A DNA stretch of 41,456 bases from contig NW_014039968.1 of NCBI RefSeq assembly GCF_001186125.1, positions 16,290 to 57,745 of the forward strand. The letters run 5' to 3'. Shown one piece after another: positions 1 through 13,600 of the stretch; the stretch's first letter is position 1, and each line of letters begins with the position of its first letter. Source of the stretch: Sphaeroforma arctica JP610 (Eukaryota). A model generated the notes under the pieces. It made no database searches. It was not told where the DNA came from and saw only the letters and a program-made list of their open reading frames with translations. The translations under genes and the position numbers were made by a program.

Positions 1-179
1 TGGTATTATGAATACAATTAGTCATTTGTTAGTGATAGTGTGCATTGACACGTATACTTCGATGTTTGATGCATGGCTGATTTTGCTACTGCAACTGCTA
101 GATAAAAAAGGACACATGTATTATCACGAACAAAGCATATACATCGTAGTAGTAATATGCCAACGTCGCAGAGACTTAC

Positions 180-228
180 GTAAACCGAACTCACTCGGTG
201 TCTCCGTCGCTCGTACACGTCGTGCCAT
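180..228 (-). CDS. Possible first coding exon of a divergently transcribed gene running off the window (MARRVRATETPSEFGL)
   Basis: ATG at 228(-), 16 codons + 1 nt, then a canonical GTAAGT donor at 179-174. No homology recognised. Confidence 0.25.
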
Positions 229-953
229 GAACGGTGCCACTGTACTCGGGACAGCAGAAGTAGGCAGTTAAGGAATTGGATAAATCGGTTATACAGGGGA
301 GGAAGGCGTGGTATAAATATTGTTACGAAAGTAAATGAACTTGTTCTGCGATTACCCACGTTGTTCACGTGGTATGCGCCGTATGCAGCCTTGTGTGTTC
401 ACTGTTCAATACCTAAAACTAAATATATATAAGTAGTGCATATTTACTGCCTCGCGGCTATGATAAAAAAAATTTAAATCAAAAACAACAAAGTAAATTA
501 TAAATTTTAGAAAATACAATCAAATTCTTTTATAGAAAATTTTATCAAAGAGTATGGAGTAAAAGATGTAAAAATTGAAATTCCTTCACCTGCCTGTAAT
601 ATTTCAGAAATACTTTTAGAACTATTTATTTCAACCCAATTTTAAACCCTAGTCCCACCTGATTCGGTGATTCCCAGCCAGGCCCTCGCTCACGGGTGAC
701 GGACCTTCTTCATCATCTCTTTGCGTTCCGTGTGTGTATTTTTAATTTTAGTACATATTGTGCCCGGAATATTTAAAAACCCCCTTCCCACTCCCAGTTC
801 GAGACTGTAAAAGTTGTCGCGAATATCATGCAATTTCATTAGAGCATGCACTGTTATATAATCGTGGGGTGCTTCGAGATAGAGCCGCTAGTACGAACAC
901 GCACGTCTGTGCACGAGTAGATAGGGCTAGCTTCTCGCAAACCATAGGACACG

Positions 954-3900
954 ATGCCTCCCGTCAAAGATGAGATGAAAGCTGAGAAGCGTGAGCTCAA
1001 GCAGATTGGAGCCACAGCTGCTGCGAAAATGGTGGGACAGCACACACGCGCGGCCGTCATCAAAGCCACAAACACAGATTTGTTGCCACCCAAGCGGAAG
1101 CATATCAATTGTATGTTGTATTTTGTTGCACATTCTGATATGTGCAGACTAGATTATCATGCCAGACAGATAAGTCTTAATACTGTGTGCGTATTCGTGT
1201 TGTTAGAAGTATATTTGCGGTGACTGTCGCTTGCTCTCAGCAGTGCAGGAGTTAACTGCCCGCTAGTGCAAGCAATTTGCACTCGAACATGATATTTTTG
1301 TGAGGCCTACATAGAAATGTGTATCCTTATACAACGATCTACATTGAGCCCAAAAGTCGCCTATGTGCGTTTATATGCCCTCCTCGGTATTTGGATGTGG
1401 ACATGCGTTTCTTTTAGCTCGAACGCTCGTGTACAAAAATCTGTCATAGTACAAGCAGAGTATTCACGAATATGTCTACTTTATATACNNNNNNNNNNNN
1501 NNNNNNNNNNNNNNNNNNNNNNNNNNNNNNNNNNNNCATATATATACATAAATATAAGTATGTATAAATAATTTTATACAACTATAGACAGGTATATATG
1601 TTTTCGCATATAGTTATATATATATATATATAATATATGTATGTATGTATGTATATATATATATGTACATGTATATGTATGTATACATATATTATTGTGT
1701 GTGTAAGTGTGTATGTATTTATTCATTTATATATATATATATATAAATATACACTTCCGTGCTTGTATACTTGTATATAGCTTTATATAAATTTATTTTA
1801 TTTATTTATGTATATATATATATATATGTGTGTGTGTATATATATATTTATATAAATATATATATATACGCATATACACATACATCTATATATATATATG
1901 TATGTATATATATATATATATATATACATATATACATGGTTGTATACGTATACATTTGATATATATATATATATGTATGTATATGTATGTTTGCATGTTT
2001 GTGTGTTTGTTTGTATGTATGTATGTATGTATATTTCTATGTGTATGTTATGTTTATGTATTTCGTATTTTCACTCACACTCGTATATTTATATGTTTAT
2101 AAATGTACCTAAAAATTTAATTTAATTAATATTTGAATATATTTATATATATATATATATATATATGCGCAGATATATGTATACATATATGTGTATATGT
2201 GTATTTTCGAATATATTTATGTGTTGTGTCTGCGTTTGTGTCCGCTTTTGCGTCTGTGTCTATGTTTGTTTGTTTGTTTTTGTATTGTACGTATACAAAT
2301 ACATATGTATGTCGATATCAGTTCCTGCATACTGAACGCTTGTATCTGTGTATCAATTCGTGCTTATGTGTATACCCGTGTGCATGGACTTGTAAATGCA
2401 TACTTACATATTGCATTGTATTCAACGTTAAAAAATACGTTCATTTCGGATGTTAGGTTTAGGCGTAGTGTACCTCATTGAGTCATGACATTTATTTCTG
2501 GTGTAAATGTTAAATATTTAGTACGATAGTGAATGCTCTAGCTGCTAAATATCACTCATATATGAGATGATGTTTTACCATTCTTTGTGAAATATTGCAG
2601 ATCTGTTGGACTACATGTATCAGGGAGGATCCATCGACAAGGTCGTCAGTACGCTATTCGAACGCACTCGCGAGAAGAATTGGATTGTTGCCATGAAATC
2701 TTTGGCTGTATTTCACACTCTCATGAAAGAATGTCGACGAGGATTTATGCGTTGTATGGCTTCTCGTCCTACCAACTTCCGGCATATGTATAACTTTCTT
2801 GACAAACTGAACAATGAAGGTACGTCTATTATTCGTTGATGGTACTTCTCTTATAGGCCTATACTATATCAATTTTAAATTATTGAAATGCTTTGCTTAG
2901 TCTGCATGTATGCTATTTTTCGCTCGTGGGCTCAGGAATGAAAGTATGGCGAAACGTCGATGTGCTTTCAGGAATACGTTGATACAGAATTTTAATCCTA
3001 AGTGAATGGCTGGGAGTCAAATAACAATAAGCGATAACCATAAAGCAATCAAAACTTCGAAGAAATGCATTGCTGATCAATCGTGCCTTGTCGAAATAAT
3101 CTCAAAATTAGGTTTCGAGATGTCTTGGTTCATCCGTAAGTACGCAATGTACCTGGAGGAGAAGGTTGCGACCTGTCGAGAGTATGGTGTAGACTATGTT
3201 CATCATAACTCAGCGGCGTCTTATGCGCCTCTCGACAACAATCAACTTTGCAAAGCTGTGGCCGCTATACAAGTGCAGCTGCAGGTCTTGCTAGACGTCC
3301 AGGTACTGTTGCGTACTTGTTCCGGTACATTTTGTGGCCTGTGGTTTCCAAACGAGTTGCGTATAACCGTTGCTTAATAGTCACCTATCAACTCATTGCG
3401 TGCAGATTGTAAAAACAGGTGACAACATTTCTGACTGCTATTCATACTCAGCCTTTTTCGAATTCGCACGAGGGATGCGCGAGTTGACAATCTTGTACGA
3501 ATCAAATGTTGTAGCATATTGAAAGGGCGTCGATAAAGGCAGACAGCTTTTGCTATACACTCGTCCTCAAAATCACTTCCTTTTTAAATTCAAACAACAG
3601 ATTCCGTTCGAGGAGGTCACAAATGCGGTACAGAAGAACGCTTACATGATAATTATGAGGGAGTGTGTGCGGCTCTATGTGTCGTTGAATACGGGGGTCA
3701 TCACAATCCTTGGTACAGTACATTTCTGTGTACAGGCCATGCTCCATCGATTACATTGTTAACGTAGACTCCGTAAAACAAAATATGTTTCCTGTGCTTG
3801 ACAAGTACTGAGGAGGTTACTATCGTCTCTTCCGATTTAGTATATGTATCTCTCGATCTGTTCGAGCTTTGGAGATGAGGTGTCAAGTGATTTTTCTTGT

Positions 3901-4426
3901 AATAATGTCGTATGGTCGACTTCGTTTCATACAGAGAGGTTTTTCAAGATGTCTAAGAGTCAGGCCGAAAACGCTCTACGGATCTACGAGAACTTTCTTT
4001 TGAATATAAGCGCGGTTTCTTCATTCTTGTTGATTGGCTCCCGAATCGACGTCAGCATGTCAGCGGAAATCCCAGCTTTGAAATCGGTACGTCAGCACCG
4101 AGTGTCAAATGTTAAACATAAAACATACATTGTGCAATGTTAGACATATATATCGATTGATCCCAGCTTTGAAATCGGTATGTCAGCACCGAGTGTTAAA
4201 TATTAGACGTAAAATATACATTGTGCAATGTTATACATATATATCGATTGTTCAACTGAATTTAGTTTGGAACGATTATGAAAGCAGGTTTTTTTTTAAA
4301 TTCGAACTCATAAATATAGGTCCGTACTTTTTATCTGTTGACATATTTACGTGCACTATTACACGGCCATGCCACATTGATGATCGATTTACAACGGAAG
4401 TAAGCACCTATTTACCCTTCACAGAA

Positions 4427-4462
<36 letters not shown>

Positions 4463-4633
4463 ATTTCTATTTCTGTATACACATATCTATATCTATATCT
4501 ATCGATAAATATATATGTGTGTGTGTTTGTGTGTATTTATTTTTATATATTCATTCTTTTATATATTTATATGTATATATTATTTATATTATATAATATA
4601 TAATCTATTTCTGTTTCTGTTTCTGTTACTTCT

Positions 4634-4677
<44 letters not shown>

Positions 4678-7600
4678 TGCTTCATTTTTCGTTTTGTAGC
4701 CACCGGTGACTCTGATTGATTCGCTACGGAAGTATGTGGGAGAGGAAGCCCCCGCTGTGGCAGAATATACACCAAGGAGCGAGAGCCTGTTCAAAACAAA
4801 CAGCAATATAGCGCGCCAGGCACCTGGATTGTAAGTAGGGAGTAATGACGATGATATTTGTATGCTTGTCAACATGCCCGCTTGACACTCAATATAAGGT
4901 TACCTTTGTGTGTATACGGGCAACATGATAGAAAAGAATACCTACTGTGTGCTCCGAGGGTATGGAAGATCAAAATTATTACTTGTTTTCATTGTTTTGG
5001 TCTCACTTGCACTCGGCTTTTGCTAGATTGACTGCAAAGTCTGTAAATAATTTGATCGCCGCTGCTTGTCACATAGAGTACGCCTGAGGTAAAACTCATG
5101 CTTGCATCTGACACACTTTCGGTCGTAAATCGGGACGAGTGTGTGTAAACCGTGGCAATGTGTAATTACGCAACATGCATATCTACACTTGCACGTTCAA
5201 GTATCACATCGTGTCTTGAATTTCTTTTTCTGGCCCGTTGTTGTCTCTGTACAGCCAACCAATATACCATGGGCAAACATCGTCATCCATTAAACCTGCG
5301 GTTCGGTCGGCTGCATCCGATAGTGCAAAGACGCAACCGAGTAGGAAAGCGGGTATGTAGGAGTGTAGTGTGTAGCTCTTTCGATTTTGTGCATTATGTA
5401 TACTGTGGACCGTCGCAAGATGATCGAGCACTGTCAAACGAGTCGAGCGCGGTCAAATCTTTGGTTTGTATCCCTACCGAAGCTTTATCTGTATACTACG
5501 TCTTTAAACGTACTTCTTGGACCATGCGCAACTTTAATTATGTTTCATCCAGTTTTTTCGCCAAGGTTACCAACGCGCACAGCTAATGCAATATGCACAG
5601 GTCTCATTGGGACGAGAGAATCTCTAAGCTTTTCATGCTCTCAAATATATTTCTTGTTGTTCAAACCATTTCATCATTTTTCTGTCTGATATCAGATTAC
5701 GCTCTAGCAAATGTAAGTACTGTGGCGAAGCCAGCGGTGGCTGAGGTCAATCTGCTTGACTTTGATGACGGGCCTAGTACAGGCACTAGTTCCAATCCCT
5801 ATGCCACTACTGATGCGTTTTCCGTCAGTGTCAGCACCAACAATCCTGGAGGCTTGCGTATGTTTTCTACGCAACTACTATAATAGCGGAAGAAAGTCTG
5901 ATCTCTCGCGAGACCATTTTCGTGTCTAGGTGTGCATGCGTCCAGTTGCAGGTATCTCACCGTGATCAGAATTGCACGTAATCAGCCTCGGGGGATGTAC
6001 AAATTAGCAGCAGGTTGATTTTGTGACTGACAAGTGCGAGTGTCAAGGCTCAGAGCGAGTATAATTTTCGAGTACATTCTGCTCTATTTCTGGTGTAACG
6101 GATCTGTTGATGTGCGTCGACAATATCGTCGCGTAGCTCTACTCTTGGTTCCTTCGAGTACATGCTTGTCATGAGATCTTAAGAACTTTCAAACTAAACG
6201 TTGCTTTCGCTTACCTTCAATCGTTCCATGTAGCCTCCGACCTGTTCGGACCGATCAGTTCTGGAAATCAGGAACTACATTCGGCACCTGCGCAGGGTGA
6301 CGGACATCAACAACAAATGTTCAATGGTAAATGTGTCGCTGTGTCCAGATGAATGTTTACTGCCTAGTATTTCTCCTCCCCCGATTCCGTTACAGGCTTT
6401 GCATTGCTAGTGTCGTCTATTGTCTCGAACAGGACAACGACTACATTTAAAGTTTAAAGATGGACCCATTGTTTGCATCAAGAATTATGGTGAACCGCGC
6501 CTCCGACTGGTTATATATATGTAATTTAGATATGCAGCCAATGGCGTTGTTCATAGAAGCCGTCGTACGAGTGAAGAATTCCATAGGCGAAAATATATTG
6601 TAAGTTTTCAAGATATCACCAACGATCACTGACCACCGGAACATATCTACTTGCAGGTCAAGCTCAAGGGTACTACAATGCTGGAATGAACACGGATGCC
6701 AATTATAATACAAATACAATGCAGCAAGGAATGGGTGGAGGAGGATACAACAGTATGCGACAACAACAACCGTCGTACGGCATGCAACAAGGGGTGAGCA
6801 TTTGTTAGATATAAGCCGAGTTGAAAAGTTCTGGCATTTTCTGATACTCTGCACTTATTATCCAATTGTTATTCCTCATCATTCTTTGGTTCTATCTGCT
6901 AACTCCAGATGAATCAGCAGCAGCCGTTTGCATCAGGCTCGAATCAGCCCAACAATTATTGCCTTAGTACTATTTTGCAAATCACACTCTTTCAACCTCC
7001 TTAAGTATGTATTCAATTGAAGTGTGTATTTAATCAATGGTGATTTTTGGCAGTCTGGGATTGAGGCATAGAATACTTAGGTAGTATACGGGTTCCTCAT
7101 CGCACTAGTGTCAGCAACTTATTTTAGAATGTGATGTATCGGGATGGATCGAGGCACAACCGATCACATAATTCTTGCTATGCGTGGCGGGTTGTTTTAA
7201 GTCTGTGAACAAGGTTCGTATCACTACCACATTCTGTAAAAGCTCCAGGGTTTCTTTCATCTGCATGCCGCACTGTCAGAATTGCTTGTTTTTTTTTTGC
7301 CGTGTTGATTCATGCTCTGTCGTGTGCCGCATACGCTTACTTAATACAGCATTCACTTTCCTGTTGCTGAATATACGAAGGAAGCATGTTTGTAATTGAA
7401 TGATTTCAATTCTCAATTTATTAGGGTACGCAGAATGGCATCAACTCAAATCGGTCATCCTTTGACCAATTTACGAGTCGATCGTCCTACGACCAAAACC
7501 AAAATCAATCTTCCTACGATCAAAATCAAAATGGCGAATCCAACGATCAAAATAATCCGTTTGCTATGACAGTAGCCGTTCAGCAAAACGATCCTATGCA

Positions 7601-7871
7601 ACAAGCCATGGGAATGTATGACCAGAAGCAGCAGTACATGGGCATGGGTGGGGGTGGAGTACAGCAGCCAATGGGAGCGTACCAACATCAACCCTTGGGT
7701 ATGAATCCGCGACCAAATGGGATGCAGCAAATACAGAATGGCATGCAACAGATGCAAATGGGTCAAAACTATCAACAGCAAGACCAACAACCTATGCAGA
7801 ATAACAACAACAACTACCAGAACGATCCCTTCAGCGGCGCGGTGGCACGATCGAACAATCCGTTCGATTGA
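954..7871 (+). CDS. PICALM: ANTH-domain clathrin assembly protein (PICALM/AP180/YAP180 family), about 11 exons
   Basis: Phase-consistent GT-AG exons 954-1110, 2601-2819, 3112-3302, 3601-3712, 3935-4086, 4700-4830, 5255-5352, 5696-5857, 6234-6326, 6657-6793, 7425-7871. ANTH motifs: AVIKAT..PPKRKHINYL, NWIVAMKSLAVFHTLM, MSWFIRKYAMYLEEKV, GVITILERFFKM. Tail has clathrin box LLDFD, DLF/DPF, NPF motifs and is Q/N/M-rich. Confidence 0.93.
1489..1536. other. Scaffold gap (N run)
   Basis: Run of N in intron 1, next to (TA)n. Confidence 1.
1537..2200. repeat. (TA)n/(TG)n/(TATG)n microsatellite-rich tract
   Basis: Directly visible; produces spurious Y/I/V/C-rich ORFs. Confidence 0.95.
4069..4250 (+). 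repeat. Tandem duplication, 2 x 91 bp, spanning the exon 5 end and splice donor
   Basis: ATCCCAGCTTTGAAATCGGTA(C/T)GTCAGCACCGAG... at 4069 and 4160. Confidence 0.95.
4428..4676. repeat. (TA)n/(TG)n microsatellite tract
   Basis: Directly visible. Confidence 0.9.
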
Positions 7872-8077
7872 GATCGAGAAAAAAATGAGCAATTTGCGCC
7901 GTACAAACATTTTTGTAAATCCAGGGCAAGTAGATTACGTCTGCGATGAGAGCCTATCTGTGCTCGGGTTGAGATCGAGAAGAAAATGAGCAATTTGCGC
8001 TGTACAAACATTTTTGAAAATCCAGGGCAAGTAGATTACGTATGCGATGAGAGCCTATCTGTGCTCGGGTTGAGATC
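7868..8077 (+). repeat. Tandem duplication, 2 x 101 bp + 8 bp, starting at the PICALM stop codon
   Basis: TTGAGATC... at 7868, 7969 and 8070; few substitutions. Confidence 0.95.
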
Positions 8078-8809
8078 TCAAAGGCAGCAATTCCATTAAA
8101 AGTGTCGATAAGGAATATACTATTTTCGCTTGAACTGCTCATTGGTAACACTAAACTTGAAATCGCGTCGCTCTAGTGTGATTTGCGCGATGTCCATTAG
8201 TCTATTTTATCAACTTCGAATACCTATATGCTCGCTGTACAAGCTCTCTTGTTCATTTGGAGTCTGTGGCCGTTGTGAAATCTAATGTCACCGCAACATG
8301 CTTCTAGTATGTATGTGCACTTATTAATATATGCCTTTACCGCAGGTAATAAAACTACTTCATCTAATCGACAATCCCTATACCATTGTAAGCTAGGTAA
8401 AGGTTGCGCATTGTGGGCTGTACAAACCCTAAAACTGAGTTCTGATGAGAGGAAATACTTAGTATTAATTACTGTGTGGCTCTTTTCACCTTTCTTCCCT
8501 CTCGTATTAAGTGCATGAGCTAAGTCAGTCGCTTACGCCAGGCCATAGCTAATACATCATCGTGTATGCGCGCTCATCGGCAGCAATAACATGAACTGTA
8601 CTATCAAGCTTTAACGTCTCGGTCGATAGGTTTACACAATTATCGCGCTCGCAAAGATACTTTTCTGCATACTTCTTTTTCTTTGAGCTCTCCCCTCTTC
8701 GAACAATCAACTCTCACATTCTAATTTCCATCGTATTCAGATTGTTCACCTCTCAGATTATTATGTTGATTCACTTTCAAAGCTAAGACGAACCTTCACA
8801 GGGTAACAC

Positions 8810-8896
8810 CTGCAGCCTTCGCAAAGGGAATCTACAGCCTTCGCAAAGGGAATCTGCAGCCTTCGCAAAGGGGATCACGTTGCTTCGCAAAGCAAC
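8810..8896. repeat. 22-bp minisatellite, 3 copies plus 1 variant, hairpin-forming
   Basis: CT(G/A)CAGCCTTCGCAAAGGG(A/G)AT x3, then GTTGCTTCGCAAAGCAAC. Confidence 0.9.
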
Positions 8897-10601
8897 ATCT
8901 GGTTGCCACTGCAATGCATTTATTCTTCTTAGCATCTGCATCCACTATTTTATCACCCGCACCACAGATCGAGTTTCGTCCACTATGCCACTTCTGTTGG
9001 CACACGGAACATACAACGAGTTTTATCTGGCGGTATGACCGCGATGAAACAAGGCCGGCACTCTTGCTCTCGAGTAAGCCAATCAGGTCTCGACATTGCT
9101 GTATATATGTGTGTAACTATGTGTATATGAAAAGCTAACAGTGTACGCCGATATCGCGCGATAAAAAACCATTTGGTTGTTTGGTATGTTTTGTAAATAT
9201 ATACAAATCAATATCAATTCAGACCAGGTAGAACTTAAAAGATTTAGTCTATATGTTATATCTACGTGTATGCTCCAAGTTGTCCACCATGTGTAGAATA
9301 CTTGCACAAAAGCATACAGAACATTGGGCTTTTTTGTCTATGTTATACTGCTTGGTATGTCTCTGTGGCGATGCCGAGGTAAATTTCCATACGCATGCTG
9401 AACCGTAAGCTGAAAACGATGTACTATATGTTTGACTACGTGACATGTATTTTATGTTGTTCTGACCACAACTGAGGACAGTACAGGTGCGTAGCAAACA
9501 CAACCGCTTATAGTGCAAAAGAAAGATCAGAAATTTTCTCCTGTATCTCCCTTCTGGGTTGTATGCGGCGACTCCAGGGTGCCCATCAAAAGTTTATAGA
9601 TCATTAATGACCACATCAGGCGTACTTAACTATTAGAACCATCTGTACACGTGAGTATATAGATATATGTACGATATGTGGCCCTTTCCGGCCCAGCGAT
9701 ACTTTGTTCTGCAACTGTATACTACTGCTGCGGAATGGACTACGTCTAAGCGGGCAGGGTTCACGGCAATCATGATTACCATCCAAGACCTCCAACCAAT
9801 AATCTTATTAGCACCAAGCCACTGGACACCAAAGGTCCATGACAGCAGATAAAAATGATTTGTATTGGGATTTCGTCGCTACAACACATGGGCGAACCAT
9901 CGAAGTACTAGTCTAATCATAGTATCAATCAACTGCACAGTCAACTTGTGCATATCACGAGCCATGATACTATACGATAAATACTAGTGTCGAGTAAACT
10001 ACATAGTATCCAATGCTTGGAAGAAATAGTGCGCGACTTAGTGTTTTAGAACATCAGCAATTCATTTTCCTTGAGCAAAACAGCTGTTTACACGACACTT
10101 CACAGCGCTACAAAATTGTAAAATTATCGTGCACAACCTTTTACTGATGCGATTGAGGTGATTTGAGTTCAAGAACCTGTGCCGTACTGCTATTGCTATG
10201 GTGAAGTATCGCTAGGTCACGTATCGCGCCTACAGAATCGATGTAGGAGTATAAGTAGTCCCAGCCGACAATCTGCCATTTAAGTACAATAATCATCCGA
10301 TAACGTGGAAGAACACTTAAAAACACTTTCGTTTCTTTGAATTTCGTATATACTCCCAAGCTTCTCGCAGTGACTAATCATAAGACGGGAAGGATTAGGG
10401 CTTGATAGCGTGTTAATCAATTGAGAGCTATCTAATGGGCGCGTCTAACATTTTAAATACCATATAAGTGGATCCATATGTACATTGCGATACCACGTCA
10501 GGGAACAATATTATGTACATCTGTGTATAGCTTTGTACTACTCAAGAAATTTTCTTAGTTGGAAGATGTTGCGTTGAATATTTATCTAGATTAGTACACG
10601 T

Positions 10602-13600
10602 TTATGCCTCAGTGGTTGCTGTCTTGGCTTTGGGCTTCTTTTTCTTGTTCGTCTTTTTCTTCTTCACCTCCATCTCCTCGGCAAGCAGTGCCTTGAGCTC
10701 CTATACAAAATCACAAACGGGAATCAAAACGAATGTTTCGTGAGAATACCGGGACAAATATAATGGCATGCAGCCGTAAACAATTTCATATAATCTGACA
10801 GTAAAATTTCAATTGCGGCTATAATCAAGATATGTCCAAAAAAGAAAAACGCATTTGTCCAAAAAAGGAAATCGTGAAAATTTATCGCAAGCATACCTCC
10901 TTCTCGATAGACTTCTCGGATTTAACAGATTCAGCATCGAAAATAGATGGAGTCAAGCGAACAACACCGTTGCTTGTAAGCATAACTGTGTACTTGAACT
11001 GGGCAACCAAGGCACCTTCCTTGTCGCTCATGACAGGGTATGACTCTACTAATCCTTGCTTCTGACACTCGACGATACCCATTCGGGCCTTCTTCTCGTC
11101 GGTGCATGCTCTGTTAGCATATTGAGAATTTATCAAGATATCAGAAATGCGCATCGTTCGATGATGTCCTCTAGCCAAACATCATACAAGTCATATACAA
11201 CGACAGTTCAACTTTTGGCCCCGATCAGGCCATGTTCGAGTAGAACATGTTACCACTGGACCTTTCCAAGATAAAAAAATACTCATGTCACTTTACACCC
11301 TATCGCGCACAAACGCTGACCACACCATTCAAAACGCATAAACCACATTAATGTGCCCAAAAAAATACCTTAAAGAGAAAGGCATCGTTGTGAAGTTGTT
11401 GCTGATTTCACTGTACACGGCACGACTGGTAGCCATTCTGAGCGTGAATCGTGTGTTGGTCTTCTTGAACACGGTGGTACGTCCTCCCTTCTCCACTGGC
11501 TTGCCATCTCCAGTGCTCATAATGATGTCGATGGCGAACACATCTCCAACCTCAAATTCGGCCTTCTTTGTCTGTGCTCTTCGCTCGGCATCGGGCGCCT
11601 GTAGGTGTAGGATATTCCACAGAGAAAGTCTGCATGAATATCACACCAAACAAATATTGCGAATGCAAATGCTTCGTATATGTGGTGGTGCGCACCGTAT
11701 TAGACGAAAAAATCATCACCTATGTACTTCGCGCTTCATTCTTCACATTTGAGGGAATGACGGGGTCTCCAAATGCGTGTACGAAATACAACAAGTATCA
11801 GACTATAATATCAGCACATATAGCTCGAGCCATGACCTACTATGGGAATCACACAAGTACCTGCGGGATAACCTTAGCCTCTGCACCAGCTATCTCGTTC
11901 TTAGAGATTTGGTATGACACCATACCGGTAACGGCCTTGACACCGTACTCTTCAGCGACTTGATCGATTAGCTCGGTGCAGTCGAAGTTGGTCTTTTCTG
12001 TGGTCCATTCGAGAAGAGAGCAATAGGAAATTAAAATTTAAGTCGTTTTTAAACCAAACAATATTGAATCAATCAAAAAACACAAGATCAGCCGTTGTAT
12101 GTACAAAGTTACAAGGATATCACTGCCGCTGGCATTAACATACCAGTATTATTTGTCAGACTAAAAGAGCCATATGTAAGAGTCTACGGGTGAGGTATAC
12201 ACAACCCCTACGACCCATACAACTGATAATATCCAAATACATACCAGCCTTAATGGTTCGGAGCACAGCCTCGGAGGCATTGTATGCAGCCATAATCACA
12301 TCAGCAGCAGGGCCAGTGACAGGTGATGTAGCGTCCGCTCCTACAACGATAGTGGTACCAGCAAGAGCCATGAATCCGTCTACATGTGCTCCCATATCAC
12401 TGTTGAAAGATAAAAAGATATGAAGATGAGTCAAGTTTTCCCTTCAAAAAACAGCTGCGATACGCAAGCAGTAAATATAATATTCACATAAACTATAAGC
12501 GCGCTTTCCGCCATCGAGGTATTATACACAATTCATATTAACAACAATAAGACATTGTGAGACAATTTAAATCGTATAATCAACTAATTAAGCAGCGTAC
12601 CAAAAAAAACAGCATGTGTGTTATACTTGTAGAGATGTGAATGTTTATAGCGAACCACATGTTACCATGACGTGCTTGTCATCATTTAACTTGTACAATA
12701 ATATACTATTTGCAACGAATATATCCTACAACTGCCTATGGTTACTTTACCTACTTACATATTAGGACATTCACAACAAACTTACATCTTTACCACATCG
12801 CCGTCCTTTAGCGTGACGCCCTCGTCGGAGCGGAGGGGTGAGTAGTGACATACCATTTCATTCAGCGTAATGCAGACGGGGAAAGCAACACCTGATGTGA
12901 ATTAAGTTGTGATGACAATATAGTTAAGAAACGATTACAGAGTAATTCAAGAGTTTGAAGCTAGAGCAGGTTGACACAGAGTACATTAAAACGTGCATGT
13001 CCCATACTGTGCGTGAAAGCGCAAATAAATAGCTCACTGCTGTAGCCGACAAGCGGAAATCTAGACCTACGTCACTGCCCACTATGTGCACTAACATACA
13101 ATACCACTTGGCCATGTACATGTACAAGCGTGCATCTTCTCCGTCTCATATACTTCCTACGAAGGCTATCGGTTTAAATAACCAACTCAAAATAGAAATC
13201 TACGACCGCGTTACGCATAATTCAACCTGTGCTTCGCGCAATACCTAGTGTGATCTACCATAGAGTTGTGCAACAATTGGATAGAGTATGGTCTTAAAAC
13301 AATTGATGAGCTAACAGTGAAACAGTCACTTACCTCGAGGGATCTGCTTCGTCTTGCCACTCTCTTCGTCAGTGTAACCCTTCTTGTACACCTTCTGTGC
13401 CTCCTCGTTGACACGACTGTCCCCTACAGCACAGATTTCCACAACAGAGCATCCCTCCTTACACATGTCTACGACCTCCTTTAATACAACTGTTGGTGAC
13501 AAACATAAAACAGCGTTAATTTTAATACTACTTTACTTCGATAATCGACAACGTACTTGGAATTCATTTGTCATGTAAAATATGTCTTATAACAATTGAC

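Noticed and set aside
1759..2481. Y/I/V/C-rich ORFs (also 4109-4709, 15585-16083)
   Set aside because: Translations of microsatellites. Only the short VWA8-like segment is protein-like.
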